From: Anaerolineaceae bacterium UBA4781
GTDB lineage: Bacteria > Chloroflexota > Anaerolineae > Anaerolineales > Anaerolineaceae
Direction: 5' to 3'
DNA: 64,000 nucleotides
Assembly (NCBI GenBank): GCA_002403105.1
Contig: DHHD01000106.1
Location: 18 to 64,017, forward strand
Shown here in pieces: positions 36,041 to 45,413 of this stretch. The number at the start of each line of letters is the position of its first letter. Positions within the stretch are counted from its first letter, which is position 1. Below the pieces are notes generated by a model. It ran no database searches. It was given only the letters and a program-made list of their open reading frames with translations, and was not told the origin of the DNA. A program made the translations under genes and the position numbers.

Positions 36041-36120
36041 TCGGAAACCTGGCGATCATTGCGTTTTCACGCTGTAGACCCATAGTTTTGCGTCCCCGGT
36101 TTTCACCGGGTTTGCCTTTT
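36041..36120. repeat. Structured direct repeat, copy 2
   Basis: See copy 1; contains hairpins GCGT-TTTC-ACGC and CCCGG-TTTTCA-CCGGG. Confidence 0.8.
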
Positions 36121-36218
36121 CGTGTCTCGTTTTATAAATGTTCTAGTAAAATTCTATCATAAATCTACCAATTTTGAGATATAACTCACAAGAGTTTTAT
36201 TTGAGAGAAGGTCAGTTC

Positions 36219-37538
36219 ATGCCGAAGAATCAATTGTTTGATACCAACCCACCGAAAGAGAAGGCAATTCTGGTCGGTTTGGAAATTCAGGATAATAAAT
36301 CACTGCTTTCTATGGAAAGCTCTCTTGAAGAATTGTATCTCCTGGCTGATACTGCCGGAGTTGAAGTTGTCGGAGAATTAAGTCAAAAACTTGAGAGACC
36401 CAATCCATCTACCTTTATCGGATCAGGGAAAGTAACTGAATTAAAAGAACTGGTATCAGCCTTAAAGGCGGATCTGGTTATATTTGACGATGAATTGAAT
36501 GCCAGAAATTTCCGTGATCTGGAAGAACAACTTCCAGAAGGAACGAAAGTTCTCGACCGCACCGGCTTGATTCTTGATATTTTTGCACAGCATGCAAATA
36601 CCAGTGAAGGTAAATTGCAGGTTCAACTGGCGCAGAATGAATATTTATATCCCCGCCTGACCCGCGCTTGGACACATTTGGTCCGCCAGGCCGGTGGTGG
36701 GGGTGGTCGAGCTGGCAGCGTTGGTGGTGTCGGGTTACGAGGTCCTGGTGAGACGCAGCTTGAAGACGATCGTCGAAAAATCCGTTCTCAGATCAGTATG
36801 CTCAAAGACGAACTCACGAAAGTTCAAAGCCATCGCCAGCAAACACGTTATAAGAGAAAAAAATCGAATATCCCATTGGTAGCTCTTGTTGGCTATACGA
36901 ATGCAGGAAAGTCTACTCTTCTAAATCGCTTGACCAAAGCGGATGTGTTTGTGGCCAATAAACTCTTTGCTACAGTAGACCCTACCACCCGCAAACTGTG
37001 GTTGGCGGATGGAAAGCAGATTCTGATCACAGATACAGTAGGTTTTATACAAAAGCTGCCACACCAACTTATAGCAGCTTTTCGCGCTACGCTTGAGGAC
37101 ATTGTGGAAGCGGATCTCTTATTACATGTGGTGGATATTTCAAATCCTGATGCATCTGCTCAATGGCAGGCTGTCGTCCAGACTCTGGTCGAGATCCATG
37201 CCGATGATATTCCCATGCTAACAGTTTTAAATAAAGTGGATAAAGGTGTTGACGACAGCGAGTTGAACCGTAACTTCCCGCAATTTCAAAACGCAGTGCG
37301 AATTTCTGCCAAAAATGGACAAGGTATGGATGAATTACAGGCTCGCTTGAATGAATTCCTTTACGACACAATGATCGAGATCTCTGTCAAGATTCCTTAT
37401 CAACGAATGAATCTGGTGAATTTATTCCACGAATCCGGAGTCGTTCTGAAATCTACGCATGAGATAGATCATACGTTGATCCAAGGGAAAATTCCAACTC
37501 GTTTATACAAGCTTTTTGCTCCCTATAAATATGAATAA
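36219..37538 (+). CDS. hflX: GTPase HflX
   Basis: 'GYTNAGKSTLLN' (G1), 'DTVGF' (G3), 'NKVD' (G4), HflX N-domain 'LDIFAQHA'; ATG 36219 preceded by GAGAGAAGG. Confidence 0.9.
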   Translation: MPKNQLFDTNPPKEKAILVGLEIQDNKSLLSMESSLEELYLLADTAGVEVVGELSQKLERPNPSTFIGSGKVTELKELVSALKADLVIFDDELNARNFRDLEEQLPEGTKVLDRTGLILDIFAQHANTSEGKLQVQLAQNEYLYPRLTRAWTHLVRQAGGGGGRAGSVGGVGLRGPGETQLEDDRRKIRSQISMLKDELTKVQSHRQQTRYKRKKSNIPLVALVGYTNAGKSTLLNRLTKADVFVANKLFATVDPTTRKLWLADGKQILITDTVGFIQKLPHQLIAAFRATLEDIVEADLLLHVVDISNPDASAQWQAVVQTLVEIHADDIPMLTVLNKVDKGVDDSELNRNFPQFQNAVRISAKNGQGMDELQARLNEFLYDTMIEISVKIPYQRMNLVNLFHESGVVLKSTHEIDHTLIQGKIPTRLYKLFAPYKYE

Positions 37539-37540
37539 AA

Positions 37541-37567
37541 AAAAGCGCTGAACAGTTCAGCGCTTTG
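37541..37567. terminator. Bidirectional intrinsic terminator between hflX and rpmF
   Basis: A-tract, AGCGCTG-AACAGTT-CAGCGCT hairpin, TTT. Confidence 0.7.
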
Positions 37568-37585
37568 ATTGGTAGTTAAAAAGGT

Positions 37586-37771
37586 TTAGTCGTTTTCGAC
37601 TTTTACGATTTCGCGTCCTTTATAAAAACCACAACTTGGGCAAACAGTGTGTGGCAATCGCATTTCTCCGCAATTACTGCACTTAACTAAATTCTTTACT
37701 TTCAATGCATCATGCGCTCTGCGACGATCTCTGCGCCCTTTTGACAGCTTCCGCTTTGGAAGAGGAGTCAT
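37586..37771 (-). CDS. rpmF: 50S ribosomal protein L32
   Basis: 'PKRKLSKGRRDRRRAH' and zinc knuckles 'CSNCG ... CPSCG'. Confidence 0.9.
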   Translation of the reverse strand: MTPLPKRKLSKGRRDRRRAHDALKVKNLVKCSNCGEMRLPHTVCPSCGFYKGREIVKVEND

Positions 37772-37956
37772 TTTATACCTCCATTAATAAACATAAAAAC
37801 GACCCATTATTATAAGCATAAGCATCAATTTAAGTCAAGAAATTTTTTCGTTGATTTTTCAACAGCCTGATGACAAATTGAGGTTCTATTAAGAAGGTCA
37901 ACCTTTTATCCCCATAAAAAATCGATTATAAACATGTATAGCGGAGAAAATAATTT

Positions 37957-38985
37957 ATGAGAAATGAAGTTGTATTGATCACGGGTGCAAATGGCGAAAT
38001 TGGTCATGGTCTCATCAAAGCCCTTGCAGAGCGAAAAGAAACGCGGGTTGTCGCTTTGGATTTGAAGCCTTTGGACGAAAGCTTGATCCCATTTTGCGAT
38101 CGCTTCGTTCAAGGAGATATCCTCGACTCGACGCTGCTGGGCAGGTTGATGGCTGAATATGATATTACAACCATATATCACCTGGCCTCTCTCCTCTCCA
38201 CAAAAGCAGAATATAATCCCGAAACTGCCCACAAGATCAACGTGGAAGGTACACTGAATCTACTGCGCATGGGCGTGGAACTGTCTACCTGGCAGGGGAA
38301 TTCTGTTAAATTCATCTATCCCAGTTCCATTGCGGTATACGGATTGCCTGACCTTGAGACCAAACACAGGGAAGGTAAATTAAAAGAGTGGATGTGGTGT
38401 ACCCCCATCACCATGTATGGTTGCAATAAACTATATTGTGAAAATCTCGGGCAATACTATACAACTCATTATCGCCAACTGGCAAAAGATCGAGGAAAAT
38501 ATTCCATTGATTTTCGCTGTATTCGTTTCCCGGGGCTGATCTCAGCCGATACCATTCCAACCGGGGGAACCAGTGATTATGGCCCCGAAATGCTGCACTC
38601 CGCAGCCAAAGGGGAACATTATGCTTGTTTTGTACGTCCTGACACACGTATTCCATTCATGGCGATGCCAGATGCCATTAAATCACTGCTCATGCTTGAA
38701 AATGCACCCTGCGATTCTTTAACACGCTCAGTCTATAACGTCACCAGTTATTCCCCCACCGCAAAAGAAATTTATGAAATGGTTAAAAGCGCTTGTCCTT
38801 CTGCAAATATCACTTTTGATGTAAACCCTCCCCGCCAGGCAATAGTAGATAGTTGGCCTGAAGATTGTGATGATTCTGCTGCCCGCAATGATTGGGGTTG
38901 GTACCCTGACTTTGATATGCAGCGCTCTTTCGATGAATATTTACTACCTTCTATTAAACTACTCTATGGATCAATAAGCAAATAA
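37957..38985 (+). CDS. NAD-dependent epimerase/dehydratase family protein (possibly SDR-type L-threonine 3-dehydrogenase)
   Basis: 'ITGANGEIGHGL' Rossmann motif, 'YGCNKLYCE' (YxxxK); specific function uncertain. Confidence 0.7.
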   Translation: MRNEVVLITGANGEIGHGLIKALAERKETRVVALDLKPLDESLIPFCDRFVQGDILDSTLLGRLMAEYDITTIYHLASLLSTKAEYNPETAHKINVEGTLNLLRMGVELSTWQGNSVKFIYPSSIAVYGLPDLETKHREGKLKEWMWCTPITMYGCNKLYCENLGQYYTTHYRQLAKDRGKYSIDFRCIRFPGLISADTIPTGGTSDYGPEMLHSAAKGEHYACFVRPDTRIPFMAMPDAIKSLLMLENAPCDSLTRSVYNVTSYSPTAKEIYEMVKSACPSANITFDVNPPRQAIVDSWPEDCDDSAARNDWGWYPDFDMQRSFDEYLLPSIKLLYGSISK

Positions 38986-40329
38986 AAATACCAGGTCATT
39001 AACATTAGTACCGCTTGGACCTGTTCTTATCAATCCACCTACTTTATCAAAATAAGAATAGGCATCATTATTTTCCAGATATTTTTTTATATCCAAACCC
39101 ATTTTTCTGCCTGCTTCTAGACTATTTCCGTCTGCGATCGCTCCTGCAGCATCAGTCGGTCCATCTTCGCCATCCGTTGCGATAGAAAGAATGCATCCCC
39201 GTTCTAGACCCTCAATCTCTTTGGCGGCAGAAAGAACTAACTCTTGATTTCGCCCGCCCTTTCCATTTCCATGCATTGTAACGGTTGTTTCACCACCATA
39301 AATCCAACAGCTTTTCTCTTGATTCAATTCTATTCTCTTTTTTAATTCCATCCCCAATCTTGATCCAACCTCACGTGCTTCCCCTTGTAGAGTTTTGGTA
39401 ATGATTTCTGTTTGGAAGCCCATGCCTTGGGCGGTATTTTTCGCTGCATTGGCGGCGATTCGATTATTCCCAATTAAAATATTATCTACAATCTGTACAT
39501 GTCTGTTATTGGATACTTTTTGATCGTTTTGAATAATTTCAGTTTCAAGGAAACGGAGAACCGATTCAGGTAATTTTGAATAAAGGTGATATTTCTCGAT
39601 CACCTGCAAAGCATCTTGCTTTGTTGAAGGGGTAAGTACAGTTGGACCGGATGCAATCACATCCAATGCATCACCAACCACATCAGAAAGGATCAGCGAT
39701 ATGATGCGTGCCGGGTACAGCAGTTTGGTTAATCCTCCGCCTTTGATCTGGTCCAGTTGTTTTCGGATAGTATTGATCTCTTGGATGGTCGCTCCGCAAT
39801 CGAGCAGTAGTTTTGTCATCTGCTGATAGTCAATCAGACTGATTTCTGGATATGGTAAAACCGCCAGGGAAGAACCACCCCCAGAAATAAGAGAGATCAC
39901 TACATCCCCTTCTTTTAATTCCCCCATCCTTTTTATTGCATTTTCCGCTGCGCTTCGACTTCTTTCAGCAGGAATTGGATGATCTCCTTCGAAGGTGATA
40001 ATACTTGGTAAAAGCAGTCTTTCTAGGTCCGGTGAGGTATGTTTGGTAATGATCACACCATTGGTTATATTCTCATTGAGCACTTTTTTCAGACCGACAG
40101 CCATTTTCTGAGATGCCTTCCCTAATCCCCATGCAAACATTCGGTTATTTGAAGAAAGGGGGATGTTTACATCTGCAATTTTGACAGTGGATTTATAGAA
40201 CCGAACAGCATTCATTACTGCATTCACCGGATCAACACTGTCAAAAACAGAGCCTAAGATTGTTTTAATTTCATCTGCGATCGGTATTTTTCTAAGATAT
40301 GCCGCATTGAATTGAAGTTGTGTATACAT
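38971..40329 (-). CDS. Glycerate 2-kinase (DUF4147/MOFRL family)
   Basis: 'GGETTVTMHGNGKGGRNQE' and C-terminal MOFRL-like 'TDGEDGPTDAAGA'. Confidence 0.8.
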   Translation of the reverse strand: MYTQLQFNAAYLRKIPIADEIKTILGSVFDSVDPVNAVMNAVRFYKSTVKIADVNIPLSSNNRMFAWGLGKASQKMAVGLKKVLNENITNGVIITKHTSPDLERLLLPSIITFEGDHPIPAERSRSAAENAIKRMGELKEGDVVISLISGGGSSLAVLPYPEISLIDYQQMTKLLLDCGATIQEINTIRKQLDQIKGGGLTKLLYPARIISLILSDVVGDALDVIASGPTVLTPSTKQDALQVIEKYHLYSKLPESVLRFLETEIIQNDQKVSNNRHVQIVDNILIGNNRIAANAAKNTAQGMGFQTEIITKTLQGEAREVGSRLGMELKKRIELNQEKSCWIYGGETTVTMHGNGKGGRNQELVLSAAKEIEGLERGCILSIATDGEDGPTDAAGAIADGNSLEAGRKMGLDIKKYLENNDAYSYFDKVGGLIRTGPSGTNVNDLVFLFAY

Positions 40330-40461
40330 AATGATATTCTAATCACAAAAGTTACATTATCGTCACTGCAGATTTTGAACAAAGAGTGTAAAATTGTATT
40401 TTGTGTCCGGATTTATCTGGAAGACTATCAAAAACTATCAAGTTATTCAGGAGGTTTTACT

Positions 40462-42573
40462 GTGGACCTTAAAGTGATGAATGCCTTGCTCACACCCAAG
40501 GCGGTTGCAATCATTGGTGCATCCGCAACACCGGGCAAGATCGGGCATACTGTCGTAAAGAATTTGATTGAAAGTAAATATGAAGGCAAAATTTATCCTG
40601 TAAATCCGAAAGCTGATGATATTCTTGGTTTCAAATGCTATCATTCGGTTTCCGAAATTCCTGGTGAGGTGGATGCAGCAATTATCACTGTACCGGCAAA
40701 GATTGTGTTGGATTCCATCAAAGAATGTGGAGAAAAAGGGATCAAAGGTGCCATTATCATCACCTCTGGTTTTAGCGAAGTTGGTGAAAAAGCTCTGGAA
40801 GAAGAGCTGGTTAAAACTGCCAATTCGTATGGAATTCGGGTTTTAGGTCCCAACATTGTTGGTGTCCTCTCTAATTCAGATAAATTCAATGGTTCATTCG
40901 CTCCCTTCCTCCCACTAAATGGAAGCAGTTCCTTAGTTTCTCAAAGTGGTGCGCTATTAATCGGTATTGATGCAGCAACCTTCTTGCGCGGTGTCGGTTT
41001 TGATAAATTGATCTCGATTGGCAATATGTCAGATGTTGATTTCGCCGATACCATTGAATGGCTTGATCAGGATGAGAAGACAAAATGCATTTCTCTGTAT
41101 ATCGAAGGTTTCAAACAGGGACGTAAGGTTATTGAAGCTGCTCAAAAGGCGAAAAAACCGATCATCGGTTTGAAATCGGGTATTTCTGCTCATGGTGCAG
41201 CCGCAGCCGCTTCTCATACCGGTTCTTTAGCTGGCGCATCCAAGATTTACGATGCAGCTTTCAAACAAGCAGGTATCATCTGGGCAGATAATTTAAATAA
41301 TCTTTTTGATCGAACCCTCGCATTATCTTTGCAACCACCGATGAAGGGAGAAAATTTGCTGGTTCTCACCAATGGTGGTGGTGTAGGTGTACTTGCTACG
41401 GATGCCGCAGAAAAATATGGCGTTCCAATGAAATTTGCCCCTGAAGATGTACAGGCAGAATTAAAAAAACACATGCCTGAATTCGGATCTGCAAAGAATC
41501 CGGTTGATCTAACCGGTATGGCTGGAACAGAATGGTATAGCGAAACAGTGAAATATTCCATTCAACATCCCTGGGTTGATGGCTTGGTTGTCTTATATTG
41601 TGAAACAGCCATGACAAATCCTTTGGAGATCGCTCAAGGTATTCATAAAGCTGTTAAAGATTCGGGGATCACAGATAAACCGATAACAGTATCGTATGTT
41701 GGTGGCGAAAAATCAGAAAAAGCCATGCGCTGGTTGGTTGAAAATGGTATTCCCGCTTATGGTGCACCAGATCTGGCGATCAATGCATTGGCAGCATTAC
41801 GAGAATATGCTCTGAATAAAGAAAACAATCACGGGGATGCTGTTGAAACCAAAGACTTTGATAAGAAAAAAGCGCTGGAAGTTATTCAGAAAGCTCGCCA
41901 GGATGGGCGCAACGCTCTCACTGAAATTGAAGCCAAACAGGTCTTTGAAGCTTATCAGATGCCAGTAACCCATTCAAAAGTCTCCAAATCAGAAGATGAT
42001 GCTGTGAGGCTTGCAAAAGAAATTGGCTATCCGCTCGTACTGAAGATCGTTTCACCCCAAATTCTACACAAATCAGATGCGGGTGGAGTGAAAGTCAATA
42101 TCAAAGATGAAGCTGGCGTGCGCAGCGCATATAACCAGATACTGCAAAATGCAAAAGCATACAACGCTGCTGCTGAAATTCATGGAGTCCTTGTGCAGGA
42201 AATGGCGCCCATGGGAACTGAAGTTATTTTAGGTTCTGTCAATGATGCCACTTTTGGCCCAACCGTGATGTTTGGATTGGGAGGCATTTTTGTAGAAGTT
42301 TTGAAAGATGTTACTTTCCGTGTTGCACCTTTCTCTAAAAAACAAGCTCTTGAAATGATGTCCGAGATCAAAGGAGCTCCCATTTTACGTGGTGTTCGTG
42401 GAGAATTACCGCGAGATGTAGATGCGTTAGCAGATACCATTTGTAAATATGCATATATGGTTCTTGACCTGGTAGATGAAGTCAGTGAATCCGATGCAAA
42501 TCCTGTGCTTGTCTACGAACAAGGCAAAGGATTGAAAGTTGCTGATGCCCGTATGATCTTGAAAAAGAAATAA
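40462..42573 (+). CDS. ADP-forming acetyl-CoA synthetase (fused alpha-beta, CoA-binding + ATP-grasp)
   Basis: 'AIIGASATPGKIGH', 'ASHTGSLAG', C-terminal ATP-grasp. GTG 40462 lies 7 nt after AGGAGG; the track start 40312 is an extension. Confidence 0.8.
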   Translation: MDLKVMNALLTPKAVAIIGASATPGKIGHTVVKNLIESKYEGKIYPVNPKADDILGFKCYHSVSEIPGEVDAAIITVPAKIVLDSIKECGEKGIKGAIIITSGFSEVGEKALEEELVKTANSYGIRVLGPNIVGVLSNSDKFNGSFAPFLPLNGSSSLVSQSGALLIGIDAATFLRGVGFDKLISIGNMSDVDFADTIEWLDQDEKTKCISLYIEGFKQGRKVIEAAQKAKKPIIGLKSGISAHGAAAAASHTGSLAGASKIYDAAFKQAGIIWADNLNNLFDRTLALSLQPPMKGENLLVLTNGGGVGVLATDAAEKYGVPMKFAPEDVQAELKKHMPEFGSAKNPVDLTGMAGTEWYSETVKYSIQHPWVDGLVVLYCETAMTNPLEIAQGIHKAVKDSGITDKPITVSYVGGEKSEKAMRWLVENGIPAYGAPDLAINALAALREYALNKENNHGDAVETKDFDKKKALEVIQKARQDGRNALTEIEAKQVFEAYQMPVTHSKVSKSEDDAVRLAKEIGYPLVLKIVSPQILHKSDAGGVKVNIKDEAGVRSAYNQILQNAKAYNAAAEIHGVLVQEMAPMGTEVILGSVNDATFGPTVMFGLGGIFVEVLKDVTFRVAPFSKKQALEMMSEIKGAPILRGVRGELPRDVDALADTICKYAYMVLDLVDEVSESDANPVLVYEQGKGLKVADARMILKKK

Positions 42574-42586
42574 CTTGTTTTACATC

Positions 42587-42626
42587 AAAAGAGGCTGTTT
42601 TTTTTACGAACCAGCCTCTTTTTTCA
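42587..42626 (+). terminator. Intrinsic terminator after the acetyl-CoA synthetase gene
   Basis: AAAAGAGGCTG / CAGCCTCTTTT 11-bp stem, 14-nt loop, T-tract; overlaps the 3' end of the convergent ORF. Confidence 0.55.
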
Positions 42627-43047
42627 TTCTTTCCCATTTTTTCCATGCCCCTTCCCACGGATTTTGCACTTGCAAGCGCTGATAAGGGGAGAAATCTTTA
42701 CAAATTTCTTTCATCGTCTCACAATCAGTCAAGCACGCTTTCCAATCTTGGGTTTTTATCTTTTTTGCCATTAAATTAATCATTGGATCGACCCATTTCC
42801 ATTCAGCGCGAAATTGATCAGCTTTTACCCAGTATCCCCGTTTTTCCCAGGGTTGAATGGTATTCTGAATAGATTTTTGTATCTCTAATAATGTCAGATA
42901 AATGAAGATACAAATATCTTTCGATTCTTCATTCACTGTTTTAGTTTTTTCCAGTGCAACCAAAGCTGTTGAAATAAAACGCAGATACGAGCTGCGCTGG
43001 TTTGAATAATTATTCCGGTTTATTACAGGAGCCATGGTCTTCCTCAT
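42604..43047 (-). CDS. Hypothetical Trp-rich protein (147 aa)
   Basis: Clean ORF with an upstream TATAAT (43070..43075, minus); no recognisable motifs. Confidence 0.5.
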   Translation of the reverse strand: MRKTMAPVINRNNYSNQRSSYLRFISTALVALEKTKTVNEESKDICIFIYLTLLEIQKSIQNTIQPWEKRGYWVKADQFRAEWKWVDPMINLMAKKIKTQDWKACLTDCETMKEICKDFSPYQRLQVQNPWEGAWKKWERMKKEAGS

Positions 43048-43082
43048 TTATTAACAAAATAGAAGAAGGATTATACTCTGCA

Positions 43083-43111
43083 TTGACGCGTTTTCATCAA
43101 TCGCATATAAT
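43083..43111 (+). promoter_or_regulatory. Sigma-70 promoter for tRNA-Leu/tig/clpP
   Basis: TTGACG (43083..43088), 17-nt spacer, TATAAT (43106..43111); the tRNA starts 12 nt downstream. Confidence 0.65.
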
Positions 43112-43123
43112 TTCTTGGCTATT

Positions 43124-43205
43124 GGGGAAGTGCTGGAATTGGCAGACAGGCATGACTTAGGATCATGTGCCGCAAGGCGTGAGGGTTCAAGTCCCTCCTT
43201 CCCCA
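43124..43205 (+). tRNA. tRNA-Leu (anticodon UAG), type II with long variable arm
   Basis: Acceptor GGGGAAG/CTTCCCC, D stem CTG/CAG, anticodon stem CATGA/TCATG with loop CTTAGGA. Variable arm TGCCGCAAGGCGT, T arm GAGGG-TTCAAGT-CCCTC; CCA not encoded. Confidence 0.9.
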
Positions 43206-43241
43206 CAGGCAAATTTTATTGGAGAGCAAGGACATCATATC

Positions 43242-44726
43242 TTGAAATTCGAAAAGAAACTTCTAAAAGATCATCAAGTTCAATTGACTGTCAATTTTGA
43301 CCAGGAAACATTCGAGCATTTTAGAAATCAAGCTGCTCGCTCCATTTCCTCAAAATCAAAAGTTCCGGGATTCCGCCCCGGTAAAGCCCCAATGGATGTG
43401 GTAAAAAGAATCTACGGGGAAGATTATTTAAACGAGGAAGCACTGGGATTGTTGGTAAATGAGAAATATCCACTGTTGCTGGATGAAGCCAAGATCAAAC
43501 CGGCAGCCGCTGGAAAGCTTGAAAAAGTTGAAAAACTGAATCCCCCTGAGCTTATTTTTACTGTCCCTTTAGAGCCGCTTATTGAATTGGGAAAGTATCA
43601 AGAAATTCAGAAAAAATTTGAATTACCAACAATTGATGAAAAAGATATCACTGAAGTAATTCACAATCTACAGCTCAATTACGCTACTGCTGAAAAAGTA
43701 GAACGAGAAGCAAAAAACGGTGACTTGGTTAATTTCAAACTCACGGCAATTGTGAGCAATCCAGAAGAAGGCGAATCGGCTGAGCTGTTAAAAGATTCCC
43801 CCTATCAAATGGTCATCGGTGAAAAACAACGAGAAGAATTTCCTTATGAAGGTTTCGACAAGGAATTGATTGGTTTAAAAACTGGTGATAAAAAAGAGCT
43901 TGCCCATAAATATCCCAAGAATTCTACTTTTGAGAAATTACAGAGTAAAGAGGTTAATTTCTCCATTGAAACTCTGGATATAAAAGAAATGAAATTACCA
44001 GAAGTAACCGATGATTTTGCTAAGAGCATTAGCGGTCTGGATAATCTTGAAATGCTGAAAACATCCATCGAAAACCAGCTGGCGTACACTAAAAATGCTG
44101 ATTACGAAGAAAAGTACTATAACGAATTGATCGATGAGATCATTGAGAAATCAAAACTTTCCTATCCTCCAATTCTCCTAGAAGATGAGATCGAGCATGT
44201 TCTACATGATTTTGAACACAATCTTTCTCACCAAAACATGGATCTGGAAACGTTCTTGAAATTGAATAAAATGGAAAAACCAGATTTCATCGAAAAAGAG
44301 ATCAAACCGGTCGCAAAACGGCAACTTGAACATTCTTTGGTACTTGAACAAATCTCCGAAGAAGAGAAAATTGAATTGAAACAAGAAGACCTTGAAAAGG
44401 TTTATCGCCAAACCATGTATGAGTATCAGACTCGTGATGATTTCAATAAGATCAAAAGAGAATTATCTCCTAAAAAACTTTCTAACTCTATCCTCATGCA
44501 AGCTGCTTCTCGTTTAATGAACCGACAGGTACTGGATCGTATTAAACAACTGGCGAATGGTGAAGTCACTGATAAAAAAGAGGAAGAAGCAAAAGAAAAA
44601 GAAGTCAAAGAGAAAGAAGTAAAAGAGAAAACAGTCAAGAAACAAGAAGAACCTGAGAATCAGGCAAAAGAAAAGAAGCCTGCTAAAGCACAAAGTTCTC
44701 AGAAGAAAGAGGTAAAAAAAGAATGA
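43242..44726 (+). CDS. tig: Trigger factor
   Basis: '[16 protein letters not shown]' N-terminus, ribosome-binding 'GFRPGKAP'. TTG 43242 is the first plausible start outside the tRNA; the track start lies inside the tRNA. Confidence 0.85.
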   Translation: MKFEKKLLKDHQVQLTVNFDQETFEHFRNQAARSISSKSKVPGFRPGKAPMDVVKRIYGEDYLNEEALGLLVNEKYPLLLDEAKIKPAAAGKLEKVEKLNPPELIFTVPLEPLIELGKYQEIQKKFELPTIDEKDITEVIHNLQLNYATAEKVEREAKNGDLVNFKLTAIVSNPEEGESAELLKDSPYQMVIGEKQREEFPYEGFDKELIGLKTGDKKELAHKYPKNSTFEKLQSKEVNFSIETLDIKEMKLPEVTDDFAKSISGLDNLEMLKTSIENQLAYTKNADYEEKYYNELIDEIIEKSKLSYPPILLEDEIEHVLHDFEHNLSHQNMDLETFLKLNKMEKPDFIEKEIKPVAKRQLEHSLVLEQISEEEKIELKQEDLEKVYRQTMYEYQTRDDFNKIKRELSPKKLSNSILMQAASRLMNRQVLDRIKQLANGEVTDKKEEEAKEKEVKEKEVKEKTVKKQEEPENQAKEKKPAKAQSSQKKEVKKE

Positions 44727-45328
44727 ACAATCGTGATTTTTCCGATGTTATCCCGATGGTGATCGAATCATCCAGCCGGGGAGAACGTGCCTATGATATT
44801 TTTTCGCTCCTCTTGCGGGAACGGATTGTGTTTGTTGGATCAGCGATCAATGACCAGATCGCTAATGTAATTGTGGCTCAACTGCTGTATCTGAATCGCG
44901 AAGACTCAGAAAAAGAGATCCATATGTACATCAACTCTCCCGGAGGGCAGATTTATTCCGGTCTGGCGATCTATGACACCATGAAAATGATCCCCAATTC
45001 CATCAGTACGGTGGCAGTGGGTGTAACTGCTTCCTTCGGGACCGTCCTGTTAGCTGCAGGAACAAAAGGAAAACGCTATGCACTACCGCACGCAACTATC
45101 CATATGCATCAACCTCTGGGTGGCGCTGAAGGGCAAGCTTCGGATATCGAGATCCAGGCAAAAGAAATTCTGCGCTTGAAAGCTCGCCTCAATGAAATTC
45201 TCTCCACCTCAACGAATCAATCGATCGAGGTTATTGAGAAAGATACAGAACGCGATCTGTATCTAAGTGCTGAGCAAGCAGTTGAATACGGTCTGGTTGA
45301 TAAAGTTCTCATCCCACCGCAGCAGTAG
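44723..45328 (+). CDS. clpP: ATP-dependent Clp protease proteolytic subunit
   Basis: '[15 protein letters not shown]', Ser/His sites 'TASFG' and 'MHQP'; ATGA overlap with tig. Confidence 0.95.
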   Translation: MNNRDFSDVIPMVIESSSRGERAYDIFSLLLRERIVFVGSAINDQIANVIVAQLLYLNREDSEKEIHMYINSPGGQIYSGLAIYDTMKMIPNSISTVAVGVTASFGTVLLAAGTKGKRYALPHATIHMHQPLGGAEGQASDIEIQAKEILRLKARLNEILSTSTNQSIEVIEKDTERDLYLSAEQAVEYGLVDKVLIPPQQ

Positions 45329-45361
45329 ATTTAATATTTTCTAACCCAGATGAAGTACAAT

Positions 45362-45397
45362 AATGCCGGATGCCCTATCAGGTATTCGGCATTTTTT
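45362..45397 (+). terminator. Intrinsic terminator after clpP
   Basis: AATGCCG ... CGGCATT stem followed by TTTT. Confidence 0.7.
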
Positions 45398-45413
45398 ATT
45401 GGAGAAGAAAGAC

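Noticed and set aside
35763-36083. 106-aa track ORF containing an internally repeated peptide ('LQRENAMIARFPK' and 'LQHKNAMIARLPK')
   Set aside because: The repeat is simply the translation of the two 80-nt DNA repeats. The ORF has no RBS, overlaps the 5' end of the sortase-like gene, and the nucleotide substitutions preserve hairpins rather than codons.
35891-36120. Possible CRISPR array
   Set aside because: There are only two copies, the repeat unit of about 80 nt is far longer than CRISPR repeats, identity is only about 80 percent, and no cas genes are in the window.
43048-43123. Genomic island or integration site at tRNA-Leu
   Set aside because: There is no integrase, no direct repeat of the tRNA 3' end, and both flanks are housekeeping or simple genes.
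43115-43300. Track ORFs starting at 43115 and 43167, including the long N-terminal extension of trigger factor
   Set aside because: Both start inside the tRNA-Leu gene. The trigger-factor homology begins only at the TTG at 43242.
44570-44726. Lys/Glu-rich low-complexity stretch as a separate gene or repeat element
   Set aside because: It is in frame and continuous with tig and ends in the ATGA overlap with clpP, so it is treated as a C-terminal tail of trigger factor.
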